DNA of 64,000 bases. It comes from an uncultured Pseudomonadota bacterium. GTDB lineage: Bacteria; Myxococcota; Myxococcia; Myxococcales; Anaeromyxobacteraceae. Below, piece by piece: positions 45,207 to 56,899 of the stretch. The notes beneath the pieces were generated by a model. The model was given only the letters and a program-made list of their open reading frames with translations, was not told the DNA's origin and made no database searches. Position numbers and translations under genes: made by a program. The stretch's first letter is position 1. Every line of letters starts with the position of its first letter. The stretch spans positions 246,941-310,940 of the forward strand of contig CAVTOU010000013.1 of NCBI GenBank assembly GCA_963736345.1, read 5' to 3'.

Positions 45207-47693
45207 CTAGGCCGGGGTGCTCCGGTCCGGCGCCCGCCGCACCACCCGCTCGATCTCGGCCCGGAGCACGGCGGTGTCGAAGGGCTTGGGCAGGTGCGAG
45301 TTGGCGGTTCGCTCCAGGAAGGCGCTGGCCGCGGGGGTGAACGGACCGCCCGTCACGAAGATGGTGCGGGCCGCAAGGCCGGGGACGGAGCGGGCCAGCC
45401 GCTCGTGGAACTCCATCCCGGTCATCTCGGGCATCATCAGGTCGCACAGGATCACGTCGAAGCGCTCGGCGGCGGCGCGGCGCAGCGCCTCGGCGGCGGA
45501 GATGCAGCCCTGCACGTCGTGCTCGGGGAGGACCCGCCCCAGGACCCGGCCGATGGCCGGGTCGTCGTCGACCACCAGGATCCGCCGGCGCTGGCCGGGT
45601 GCCTCGACGGCGGGCAGGCGCTCCTCGGACGAGGAGGTCCCACCCTCGGAGATGGGCAGCCTCACCCGGAACAGGCTTCCGTGGCCGGGCCGGGAGGACA
45701 CCTCGATCCTCCCACCCGCCGAGGTGACGATCCCGTGGCAGATGGAGAGCCCGAGCCCGGTCCCGATCCCGACCGGCTTGGTGGTGAAGAAGGGATCGAA
45801 GATCCGCGCCAGGACCTCGGGCCCGATCCCGCAGCCGGTGTCCTCGACCTCGACCAGCACCTCTCCCCCTCCGCCCCGGCGCGCCGCCACCCGGACCAGG
45901 TTCCCGGACAGGTGGCCATCGGGGATGGCCTGGGCGGCGTTGAGGATCAGGTTCAGGAACACCTGCCCCAACCGGTGCTCGTCCCCCTGCACCGGCGGGA
46001 CGTCCTCGTATTCCTGCGCCAGCCGCGCCCGGTGGCGGATCTCGTGCTGCGCGAGCGTGACGGCGCCCCGCAGCGCCCGGACCACGTCGGCCGGCGCCGG
46101 CCGCTCGGCCTCCCCGGCGGAGCGGGAGAAGAGCTTCAGGTCGCGCACCACGTCCCTTATCCGGCTCGCCGACTCGGCCGTCTCCGAGAGCGCCGGGTCG
46201 ATGGCGCGCAGCGCGGCCCCGGCCGGCGTCTCCGGCCCCGCCCCGGCGTCGGCGGCCGTGGCGCACCGCACGGTCTCCGAGAGCCACTCCAGATTGGCCA
46301 GCACGCAGGCGAGCGGGTTGTTGATCTCGTGCGCCATGCCTGCCGCCATGGTGCCGATGCTGGCCAGGCGCAGCGCGGCCTCGGCCTGGCGGCGATCGCG
46401 CAGGTCCCGGGCCGCCGCGACGCAGAACTCCTGGCCGTCGAAGCACAGGTAGCTGGAGCGGATCTCGAACGGGACGGGCCCGCCCTCGATGGCCGCCGTC
46501 ACCTCGGCGGTGACGGCGCCGAGGCGCTTGACCGCCTCCCAGTGCCGTCGCCAGGTGGCGGCGTCCAGGGTGGGCAAGAGCGACCAGGCCGGCCGCCCGA
46601 CGATGGCGGCCCGGTCTCGGTGCGAGGCCGCGCACAGGGCGTCGTTGGCGTGGACGAAGGTGCCGGCCGCGTCGAGGCAGGCCAGCGGATCGGTGGTCGC
46701 GTCGGTGGCGAAGCGGACCAGCCGGAGTTGCTGCTCGGAGCGGCGCAGCGCCTCCGCGCCTCGCCGGCGGGACTCGACCACGCTGGCCATCCCCAGCATG
46801 CTGAACAGCGTCACCGCGCAGTAGATCTGTGCACCCATGGTGCCGCGTGCGCCCGAGCCGACCGCGTACCAGCCCAGCCGGTGCGCCGTGGCCCACAGGA
46901 TGGTGGTCGCCAGCACCAGGCCCGATGCGGTCGCGCCGCGCAGCCCGAAGCGCAGCGTCGACCAGAAGAGCAAGGGCAGGAAGAGCGAGAGGGGAACCGG
47001 CATCACGCGCAGCACCGGTCCGAACGCAAGCCAGACGATCCCGACGAAGATGGACGCGACCGCCAGCGTTTCCAGCGTCAAGCGCGGATCGAGGCGGAGG
47101 TGCGGCGGCTCGGCCCAGGCGAGCAGGACCGGAGCCACCGCGATCGATCCCAGGGCGGAACCCGCCCACAGCGAGAGCTGGATGTGCAGGAAGGGCCGGG
47201 CCGTCAGGGCCGCGCCGCCCAGGAGGATCAGCGCGGCTGCAGTGATCGCGCAGGCCACCCCCGTGGCGAGGACGGGCCCCGCCAGCACCAGGGCCGAGAG
47301 GTGGGTGAGGCGCGTGATATCGGGCCGCCCGCCGCAGAGCCGGAGGGCGATGAATGCACCCAGCACCGCCTCGAGCGCGTTCCCCAGCGCCAGGGCGGCC
47401 ACCGGCGGGAGGGGCTGGCCGGTCGCCATCGCGAAGGCGATGATGGGCGCAGCGGCAGCTCCCACGAGTGCGGGCCAGCGGCGGGGCGGGGAGAGGAGCA
47501 GCGCGCCCAGCATCAGGCCGGTGCCCGGCCAGAACACGGCGAACGAGCCCGGCCCGGGTGACAGCTTCACCCCGAGCTGGGTCAGCCCGAACGCCGTCAA
47601 CCCGAGATCGGCCACGGCCACGAGCGCCAGCGCGGCCCAGAAAGGGATCCGGGAGGAGCGAGAGCCGGCCGGGCTCGGAGAGAGAGGTGCCAT
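45207..47693 (-). CDS. MASE1-PAS hybrid histidine kinase with receiver domain
   Basis: FWPGTG MASE1 TM region, PAS, AGMAHEINNPL, NLILNA, DTGCGI, FFTTKP.G.GTGLGL, ILVVDDD...DLMMP...KP. Confidence 0.9.
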   Translation of the reverse strand: MAPLSPSPAGSRSSRIPFWAALALVAVADLGLTAFGLTQLGVKLSPGPGSFAVFWPGTGLMLGALLLSPPRRWPALVGAAAAPIIAFAMATGQPLPPVAALALGNALEAVLGAFIALRLCGGRPDITRLTHLSALVLAGPVLATGVACAITAAALILLGGAALTARPFLHIQLSLWAGSALGSIAVAPVLLAWAEPPHLRLDPRLTLETLAVASIFVGIVWLAFGPVLRVMPVPLSLFLPLLFWSTLRFGLRGATASGLVLATTILWATAHRLGWYAVGSGARGTMGAQIYCAVTLFSMLGMASVVESRRRGAEALRRSEQQLRLVRFATDATTDPLACLDAAGTFVHANDALCAASHRDRAAIVGRPAWSLLPTLDAATWRRHWEAVKRLGAVTAEVTAAIEGGPVPFEIRSSYLCFDGQEFCVAAARDLRDRRQAEAALRLASIGTMAAGMAHEINNPLACVLANLEWLSETVRCATAADAGAGPETPAGAALRAIDPALSETAESASRIRDVVRDLKLFSRSAGEAERPAPADVVRALRGAVTLAQHEIRHRARLAQEYEDVPPVQGDEHRLGQVFLNLILNAAQAIPDGHLSGNLVRVAARRGGGGEVLVEVEDTGCGIGPEVLARIFDPFFTTKPVGIGTGLGLSICHGIVTSAGGRIEVSSRPGHGSLFRVRLPISEGGTSSSEERLPAVEAPGQRRRILVVDDDPAIGRVLGRVLPEHDVQGCISAAEALRRAAAERFDVILCDLMMPEMTGMEFHERLARSVPGLAARTIFVTGGPFTPAASAFLERTANSHLPKPFDTAVLRAEIERVVRRAPDRSTPA

Positions 47694-47781
47694 CCAGACC
47701 ACCTGCGCTGCACGGATGAGCATAGCGCGGGGCCGGCGCGCGGCGCGATGGCCCCCGGATTCGAGGGGGGTCCGCGGCGCA

Positions 47782-48846
47782 TCACTCGAGGCCGCGCTCG
47801 TACAGCTCGTCCTCGTCGAGCCCCAGGAAGTGTCCCACCTCGTGGACCAGCGTGACGCGGATCTCCTGGATCAGCTCCTCGCGACTCCGGGCGAAGCGCT
47901 CCAGGTTGCGCTGGTAGAGCACGATCGACGACGGGAAGTGGCTCCAGGGATCCATCGACACCTTCTGTCCGTACGGCGCCCCGCGGAAGAGCCCCAGGAT
48001 GCCCGGCGAGAGCGGGGGATCGGAGCCCAGCAGATCCGCGTCCGCCGGCAGGTCCTCGACCGTGATGGCCACGTTGGCGAGGTAGCGGCGCACGCCCTCC
48101 GGCAGCTCGCCCAGCGCGTCCTCCACCACCGCCTCGAAGGCGGCGTGCGACAGCGAGATGGGGCGCGGGAAGTCGTCGGGCGCGAGCTTGCGGGCGCGCG
48201 CGAAGCAGCGCCGGGCCTGGTCGGCGTCTCCCCGGCGCTCGGCCAGCAGCCCGAGCGCGTGCACCGTCCACGGGTCGTCCGGATCGGCGGCCTCGGCGGC
48301 GGTCAGGGCCGCGCGCGCCTCCTCGAACCGGCACAGCTCCTGGAGCGTCAGCCCCTTCTCCCGCAGCACCTGGGTATCGCCCGGCGCCATACGTTCCGCC
48401 CGTGCCACCCGGGAGAGGCCCTCGTCCGCGCGCCCCAGCGACGCGAGCGCCCGCACCTCGACCAGGAGGAGGTCGGTGGCCAGCGCGGTGTCGCCGGCCC
48501 GCTCGGCCAGGCGCACCCCGCGCCCTGCCAGGGTGAGTCCCTCCTCGAGGTCCACGCGCTCCTGCTCCTCCTCGGAGAGTCCGTCCACCAGGAATCGCGC
48601 CGCCCCGAGCAGGAGCTCGGGATCCTGCCTGCCGACCTCCAGCGCGCGCCGGTACGCGGCGCGCGCGTCCTCCGTTCGCCCCAGCTCCTCCAGCGCGGCC
48701 GCGCGGAAGTGGAGCGCCGGGATCGAGCGCCGATCCGCGGCCAGGACCTCGTCGGCCCTGGCGAGCGCCTCCTCCGGGCGGTCCTCCTCCAGGGCGGTCG
48801 CCGTCGCGTCGAGCAGCTCCTCGATCGGTGCGCGCGGGGCGCTCAT
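47782..48846 (-). CDS. TPR + Zincin_1 (minimal metallopeptidase) protein
   Basis: TPRs, then DALGELPE...NVAITVED, LGLFRG, IVLYQRN, TLVHEVGHFLG (HExxH). Confidence 0.85.
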   Translation of the reverse strand: MSAPRAPIEELLDATATALEEDRPEEALARADEVLAADRRSIPALHFRAAALEELGRTEDARAAYRRALEVGRQDPELLLGAARFLVDGLSEEEQERVDLEEGLTLAGRGVRLAERAGDTALATDLLLVEVRALASLGRADEGLSRVARAERMAPGDTQVLREKGLTLQELCRFEEARAALTAAEAADPDDPWTVHALGLLAERRGDADQARRCFARARKLAPDDFPRPISLSHAAFEAVVEDALGELPEGVRRYLANVAITVEDLPADADLLGSDPPLSPGILGLFRGAPYGQKVSMDPWSHFPSSIVLYQRNLERFARSREELIQEIRVTLVHEVGHFLGLDEDELYERGLE

Positions 48847-48909
48847 GCGGTCCTTCTTACACCCGTGAGGGGTCCTGGCACGCCCTTGTCGCGTGCGCGC
48901 AGACCTCGC

Positions 48910-48935
48910 TTGACGCGATCCTGCGGGCGGTTACA

Positions 48936-48937
<2 letters not shown>
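48910..48937 (+). promoter_or_regulatory. Putative sigma70 promoter of groEL
   Basis: TTGACG-N16-TACATT. Confidence 0.55.
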
Positions 48938-50673
<1,736 letters not shown>

Positions 50674-50679
50674 TGCCGC

Positions 50680-50773
50680 TCACCCTGAGCGTAGGGGCCG
50701 CCGCAGGCGGCCCCGGAGTCGAAGGGTCATCCTGAGCGTGGGGTCCGCCGCAGGCGGGCAGGGAGTCGAAGGA
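50680..50773 (+). repeat. Tandem dimer of 47-bp REP-like palindromic units
   Basis: TCA(C/T)CCTGAGCGT..hairpin with CCGCAGG apex..GAGTCGAAGG(G/A), two copies (50680-50726, 50727-50773). Confidence 0.75.
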
Positions 50774-50815
50774 AGGCCGCGCCCGGGGCAATGCCCTGGC
50801 GCGGCCTCCTCGTTT
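50774..50815 (+). terminator. GC-rich hairpin downstream of groEL, possible terminator
   Basis: AGGCCGCGCC...GGCGCGGCCT stem with a weak U tail. Confidence 0.4.
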
Positions 50816-50920
50816 GGGCGTGCACGTGCGCGCTGGGGCGCGGCCGCGCACCAATGAAACCCAGCGATCTCAAGATTTTCAAGCGAATCGTAAACAATCA
50901 ATGTTGTTCGGCCAGCGCGT

Positions 50921-50949
50921 TTGACAGAAAACGAAGGTATCTGTAAGAG
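50921..50949 (+). promoter_or_regulatory. Putative promoter of the gal operon
   Basis: TTGACA-N17-TAAGAG within an AT-rich stretch (50853-50955). Confidence 0.5.
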
Positions 50950-50986
50950 AACGATCAGCGGCCGGGAGGCGGCCAGAGGAGGCCGG

Positions 50987-51751
50987 GTGTTCCCCGAGGA
51001 ACGGCGCCGGGAGATCGTGGCGGGACTGAAGCGCGACGGGCGCTGCCTGGTCGCGGATCTGGCGCGGCGCCTCGACGTCTCCGAGGTGACCATCCGCCAG
51101 GACCTGGACGTCCTCGAGAAGGAGGGCGTGCTGCGGCGCACCCACGGCGGCGCCATCCTGAGCGTGAAGATCGGGCTGGAGCGGCCGTTCCAGGTCGAGG
51201 AGACCGCGCACAAGGCCGAGAAGGAGCGGATCGCCGCCGCCGCGGTGGACCTCATCTCCTCGGGCGACACGCTCATCCTGGACGTCGGCACCAGCGTCAC
51301 CGCCGCCGCCCGCCAGCTGGTCGAGCAGAAGAAGAAGCCCACCGTCTTCACGAACGGTCTCAACATCGCGGCCATCCTGGAGGCGGACCCCGACATCACC
51401 ACCGTGGTCACCGGCGGCACGCTCCGCCCCAAGCAGCACTCGCTCGTGAACCCGTTCGCCGAGTTCATCCTGCCCCGCATCCACGCCGACATCGCCCTCA
51501 TCGGCGTGAGCGGCGTGGAGGCCGAGCACGGCATCACCAACGTGAACGTGGCCGAGGCCGAGATGAAGGCGCTCTTCGTCAAGGCGGCCCGCCGGCGCAT
51601 CGTGCTGGCCGACTCCAGCAAGATCGGGACGGTGGCGCTGGCCAAGTTCGCCGACGTGCAGGACATCGACCTGCTCATCACCGACGTCGGCGCCGACGAG
51701 GACGACATCGCCGCCATCCGCGAGAAGGGGCTGGAGGTGAAGCTTGTCTGA
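50987..51751 (+). CDS. DeoR/GlpR (AgaR-like) transcriptional regulator
   Basis: GAGGAGG RBS, GTG start. ERRREI...VSEVTIRQDL..LE...RTHGGA, LDVGTS, VFTNGL, LADSSK. Confidence 0.92.
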   Translation: MFPEERRREIVAGLKRDGRCLVADLARRLDVSEVTIRQDLDVLEKEGVLRRTHGGAILSVKIGLERPFQVEETAHKAEKERIAAAAVDLISSGDTLILDVGTSVTAAARQLVEQKKKPTVFTNGLNIAAILEADPDITTVVTGGTLRPKQHSLVNPFAEFILPRIHADIALIGVSGVEAEHGITNVNVAEAEMKALFVKAARRRIVLADSSKIGTVALAKFADVQDIDLLITDVGADEDDIAAIREKGLEVKLV

Positions 51752-51908
51752 TCCAGCTTCCAGCGGGACGAGGCGGAAGGCCGAGGCGCCCGCCTTCGAG
51801 AAGGAGGTCGTCCGCCTGCCGGATGGCCGCGAGCTGACCTACTACCGGTTTCCGGACGCTCCGCCCGCGCCGAAGGAAGCGGCGGCGCCGCCGGCGAAGG
51901 AGCCTTGA
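51744..51908 (+). CDS. 54-aa micro-protein resembling the N-terminal extension of actinobacterial GalT
   Basis: GGAGG RBS, TTG start overlapping the DeoR stop. MSDPASSGTRRKAEAPAFEKEVVRLPDGRELTYYRFPDAPPAPKEAAAPPAKEP. Below the ORF-track size cutoff. Confidence 0.6.
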   Translation: MSDPASSGTRRKAEAPAFEKEVVRLPDGRELTYYRFPDAPPAPKEAAAPPAKEP

Positions 51909-51910
51909 CC

Positions 51911-52921
<1,011 letters not shown>

Positions 52922-52952
52922 GCTCGCCCCGGCCCCGCACAGGGAGTCCCAC

Positions 52953-54098
52953 ATGCGCGACGTCCTGGTGACACGCTTCGGCGGCGGCGGAACGGTGGTC
53001 ACCCGGCGCGCCCCGGGGCGCGTCAACCTCATCGGAGAGCACACCGACTACAACGACGGGTACGTGCTCCCCATGGCGCTCGAGTTCGCCATCGAGATGG
53101 CGGGCCGCCGGCGCGCGGGGGCCGAGGTGCGGCTGCACTCGGTCGACTACGGGCAGTCGGTCGCCTTCGCCGTCGATGGGCCCATCGCGCCCGATCCCGA
53201 ACACCCCTGGAGCAACTACGTCCGCGGCGTGCTCTGGGCGCTGGCCCGCGCCGGGGTGAAGCTCGCGGGGATGGACCTGGCCTTCGGCGGGAACATCCCG
53301 CAGGGCGCGGGGCTCTCCTCGTCGGCCGCGCTGGAGGTGGCCACCGCCGAGGTGGCGCGCGCCCTGCTCGGCTTCGACATCCGAGGTCCGTCGCTGGCGC
53401 GGCTGTGCCAGCAGGCCGAGAACGACTTCGTGGGCATGAAGTGCGGGATCATGGATCAGTTCATCTCGCTCATGGGGCGGGCCGATCACGCGCTCTTCCT
53501 CGACTGCCGGTCCCTCGACCACCAGCTCATCCCGCTGGAGCTGGGCGAGCACGTCATCGCCATCATCCACAGCGACGTGAAGCACGAGCTGGTGGCCTCG
53601 GAGTACAACACGCGCCGCGAGCAGTGCGCCGCCGGCGTGGCGGCCATCCGCAGGCGGTTCCCGGCGGTGAGCGCGCTGCGCGACGCGACGCTGGAGCAGC
53701 TGGACGCCTCGGCCCCGGATCTGACGCCGGTGCTGCAGCGGCGCTGCCGACACGTCATCACCGAGTGTGCGCGGGTGCTGGAGAGCAAGTCCGCGCTCGG
53801 CCGCGGGGACCTGGCCCGCTTCGGCCGGCTCATGAACGAGTCGCACGACTCGCTGCGCGACGACTACGAGGTGAGCTGCCCCGAGGTCGACCTCCTGGTC
53901 TCGCTGGCGCGCCGGGTGGGGGGCGTGGCCGGGGCGCGGATCACCGGCGGCGGGTTCGGCGGGTGCACCGTGAACCTTCTCCCCGCCACCGCCGTCGACA
54001 GGCTGAGGAGCGAGGTCCTGGGCCCATATGAGCAACAAGTGGGCAAGAAGCCTAGACTTTTCATCACACGCGCCGCGGATGGGGCAGCCCCCTTCTGA
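52953..54098 (+). CDS. galK: Galactokinase
   Basis: APGRVNLIGEHTDYNDG, IPQGAGLSSSAA, CGIMDQ, GARITGGGFGGC. Confidence 0.96.
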   Translation: MRDVLVTRFGGGGTVVTRRAPGRVNLIGEHTDYNDGYVLPMALEFAIEMAGRRRAGAEVRLHSVDYGQSVAFAVDGPIAPDPEHPWSNYVRGVLWALARAGVKLAGMDLAFGGNIPQGAGLSSSAALEVATAEVARALLGFDIRGPSLARLCQQAENDFVGMKCGIMDQFISLMGRADHALFLDCRSLDHQLIPLELGEHVIAIIHSDVKHELVASEYNTRREQCAAGVAAIRRRFPAVSALRDATLEQLDASAPDLTPVLQRRCRHVITECARVLESKSALGRGDLARFGRLMNESHDSLRDDYEVSCPEVDLLVSLARRVGGVAGARITGGGFGGCTVNLLPATAVDRLRSEVLGPYEQQVGKKPRLFITRAADGAAPF

Positions 54099-54152
54099 AA
54101 ACACTCGAAAGCAACAGAAAGCAGTTGTAGGGAAGACGGCTTTCGAGCGAAA
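54097..54152. promoter_or_regulatory. Phased GAAA direct repeats plus TTTCG-AG-CGAAA palindrome, candidate DeoR operator
   Basis: GAAA at 54097, 54107, 54117 (10-bp period); palindrome at 54141-54152, upstream of mglB. Confidence 0.45.
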
Positions 54153-54271
54153 GTACGCCCGCCGCAGTGGGCACCGGAGCATGCAGCGGAGGTGAGGAGG
54201 CGTGCTCCGGAATTGAGAGGGCGTGTTTCCCGCAGCAGTCTTTCGATCCGAGCAGTCCTGGAGGGCATCAC

Positions 54272-55267
54272 ATGAAGAAGAGTGTTCTCTTCGCCGTGGC
54301 CGCCGTCGCGCTGGCCGCCGGCATCGCCGTCGCCGCCGACGTCCCGACCATCGGGTGCGCGATCTACAAGTTCGACGACACCTTCATGACCGGCGTGCGC
54401 AACTCGATCCTGAAGACCGCGGAGGGCAAGGCCAAGGTCGACATGGTCGACAGCCAGAACTCCCAGGCCACCCAGAACGACAAGGTCGACCTCTTCGTCA
54501 CCAAGAAGGTCAAGGCTCTGGCCATCAACCCCGTGGACCGCGCCGCCGCCGGCGTCATCATCCAGAAGGCCAAGGGCGCCGGGATCCCGGTGGTGTTCTT
54601 CAACCGCGAGCCGTTCGCGGACGACATGAAGAAGTACGACAAGGCCTACTACGTCGGCGCCATCGCCGAGCAGTCGGGCACCATGGAGGGCAAGCTCGCC
54701 GTCGACTACTGGAAGGCGCATCCCGAGGCCGACCTGAACAAGGACGGCGTCATGCAGTACGTCATGCTCAAGGGTGAGCCGGGCCACCAGGACGCCGAGC
54801 TCCGCACCAAGTTCTCGATCAAGGCGGTCGAGGATGCGGGCATCAAGGTCCAGAAGCTGGCCGAGGACACCGGCATGTGGGATCGCGTCAAGGGGCAGGA
54901 GAAGATGGCCGCCTTCCTGGGCGCCCACAAGGACATCGAGATCGTGTTCGCCAACAACGACGACATGGCCCTCGGCGCCATCGAGGCCCTCAAGGCCGCC
55001 GGCTACTTCAAGGGTGGGAAGTTCATGCCGGTGGTGGGCGTGGACGCCACCGCCCCGGCGCTGGCCGCCCTCAAGGACGGCACGCTGCTCGGCACCGTGC
55101 TGAACGACTCGAAGAACCAGGGCGCCGCCACCGCCATGCTCTCGATCGTGCTGTCCAAGGGGGAGAAGCCCAGCAAGGCCAACGTCGGCTATGACATCAA
55201 GGACGGCAAGTACGTCTGGGTCGACTACAAGCCCATCACCAAGGCGAACATGCAGGAAGCGCAGTAG
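54272..55267 (+). CDS. mglB: Galactose/glucose ABC transporter substrate-binding protein
   Basis: Signal peptide, IYKFDDTFM, DSQNSQATQND, PVVFFNREP, DLNKDGVMQY (Ca-binding loop), KGEPGHQDA, ANNDDMALGA. Confidence 0.93.
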   Translation: MKKSVLFAVAAVALAAGIAVAADVPTIGCAIYKFDDTFMTGVRNSILKTAEGKAKVDMVDSQNSQATQNDKVDLFVTKKVKALAINPVDRAAAGVIIQKAKGAGIPVVFFNREPFADDMKKYDKAYYVGAIAEQSGTMEGKLAVDYWKAHPEADLNKDGVMQYVMLKGEPGHQDAELRTKFSIKAVEDAGIKVQKLAEDTGMWDRVKGQEKMAAFLGAHKDIEIVFANNDDMALGAIEALKAAGYFKGGKFMPVVGVDATAPALAALKDGTLLGTVLNDSKNQGAATAMLSIVLSKGEKPSKANVGYDIKDGKYVWVDYKPITKANMQEAQ

Positions 55268-55292
55268 GAACGATTCGCCAAGATGGTAATCT

Positions 55293-55325
55293 GCAGGGGG
55301 GCGGTCGCCACGGCCGCCCCCCTGC
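55293..55325 (+). promoter_or_regulatory. Intercistronic stem-loop after mglB (mRNA stabiliser or partial terminator)
   Basis: GCAGGGGGGCGGTCG-CCA-CGGCCGCCCCCCTGC. Confidence 0.6.
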
Positions 55326-55359
55326 TTCGCAACGAACACCCGTCACCGGGGGTGCAGCC

Positions 55360-56880
55360 GTGGCCTCGAACGGATTCTTGCTCGAGATGCAGCACATCTC
55401 GAAGGAGTTCCCCGGCGTCCGGGCGCTGGATGACGTGAGCCTGCAGGTCCGCCCCGGGACGGTGCACGCCCTCATGGGCGAGAACGGGGCCGGCAAGTCG
55501 ACGTTGATGAAGTGCCTCTTCGGCCTGTACCGGCCGGATCGAGGGCGAGATCGTCCTCGAGGGGCAGCCGGTCCAGGTCACCGAGCCCAAGGTCGCCCTG
55601 GCCCATGGCATCTCGATGATCCACCAGGAGCTGCACCCCATCCCCCATCGCAGCGTGATGGAGAACATCTGGCTGGGGCGGTTCCCGCTCCGGAGGATCG
55701 CCGGGGTCTCGTTCGTGGATCACCGGGCCATGTACAGGGCCACCCAGGCGCTCTTCCAGAGCCTGGGCATGAGCATCGACCCGGCCACCAAGGTCGGGAA
55801 CCTCTCGGTCTCGAAGATCCAGTCGGTGGAGATCGCCAAGGCGGTCTCCTACAGCGCCAAGGTCATCATCATGGACGAGCCCACCTCGTCCCTGACCGAG
55901 AACGAGGTCGAGCACCTGTTCCGGATCATCCGCGACCTGAAGGGGCGCGGGGTTGCGATCATCTACATCTCGCACAAGATGGAGGAGATCCTGAAGATCT
56001 CCGACGAGGTCACCATCATGCGCGACGGCAAGCGCGTGATCACCTCGCCGGCCGCCCAGCTGACCGAGGACCTCATCATCCGCAACATGGTGGGGCGAGA
56101 CCTGACGCACCGGTTCCCGGAGCGCAGCAACGTGCCGGGCGAGGTGGTGTTGAGCGTGCGCGGGCTCACCTCGCCCACCGCCAAGTCGTTCCGGGACGTG
56201 AGCTTCGACCTGCGCAAGGGCGAGATCCTGGGGATCGGTGGCCTGGTCGGCGCCCAGCGCACCGAGTTGGTGGAGGCGATCTTCGGGCTCCGCGCCATCT
56301 CCGCCGGGACGGTCGAGCTCAGCGGGCCAGCGGGTGGCCATCGACACGCAGACGCCGAAGCGGGCCAAGGGGCAGGGGATGGCGCTCCTCACCGAGGACC
56401 GCCGCGGGTCGGGGATCTTCCCCGTCGCTCTCGGTGCTCGAGAACAGCCTCATCGCCGACCTGCGGCGCTACGTTCGCTTCCTGCTCCTCGACGACCGGG
56501 CGCGCCGTGCCGCCGGCACCCGCATGATCGAGCGGCTGCGCGTCAAGACGCCTTCGCTGTCCACGCTCATGCAGGACCTGTCCGGCGGCAACCAGCAGAA
56601 GGTGCTGTTCGGGCGCTGGCTCCTCACCGAGCCGGAGATCCTGCTGCTCGACGAGCCCACCCGCGGCATCGACGTGGGCGCCAAGTACGAGATCTACACG
56701 ATCATCGCGGACCTGGCCCGGCAGGGGAAGAGCATCATCATGATCTCCTCGGAGATGCCCGAGCTCCTCGGGATGTCCGACCGGATCATGGTCATGTGCG
56801 AGGGCCGGGTGTCGGGTTTCCTGGAAGGAAAGAGCGCGAGCCAGGAGGAGATCATGCGGCTCGCAGCCCAGTTCATGTGA
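55360..56880 (+). CDS. mglA: Galactose ABC transporter ATP-binding protein (three compensating frameshifts)
   Basis: GENGAGKSTLMK, IHQEL, MDEPTSSL, YISHKMEEI, LSGGNQQKV, DEPTRGIDVGAKYEIY across frames. Indels near 55540, 56325 and 56425. Confidence 0.9.
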   Translation: MASNGFLLEMQHISKEFPGVRALDDVSLQVRPGTVHALMGENGAGKSTLMKCLFGLYRPDRGRDRPRGAAGPGHRAQGRPGPWHLDDPPGAAPHPPSQRDGEHLAGAVPAPEDRRGLVRGSPGHVQGHPGALPEPGHEHRPGHQGREPLGLEDPVGGDRQGGLLQRQGHHHGRAHLVPDRERGRAPVPDHPRPEGARGCDHLHLAQDGGDPEDLRRGHHHARRQARDHLAGRPADRGPHHPQHGGARPDAPVPGAQQRAGRGGVERARAHLAHRQVVPGRELRPAQGRDPGDRWPGRRPAHRVGGGDLRAPRHLRRDGRAQRASGWPSTRRRRSGPRGRGWRSSPRTAAGRGSSPSLSVLENSLIADLRRYVRFLLLDDRARRAAGTRMIERLRVKTPSLSTLMQDLSGGNQQKVLFGRWLLTEPEILLLDEPTRGIDVGAKYEIYTIIADLARQGKSIIMISSEMPELLGMSDRIMVMCEGRVSGFLEGKSASQEEIMRLAAQFM

Positions 56881-56899
56881 TGAGGAGGGCGTCGCCCCA

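Noticed and set aside
48876..48892. TGGCACG upstream of groEL as a sigma54 promoter
   Set aside because: No GC at the required -12 spacing. The sigma70 promoter plus CIRCE explains the region.
54272..56880. mglA/mglB near romR read as the myxobacterial MglA GTPase / MglB GAP polarity module
   Set aside because: Name coincidence only. These are sugar ABC ATPase and binding proteins, with no small-GTPase or roadblock features.
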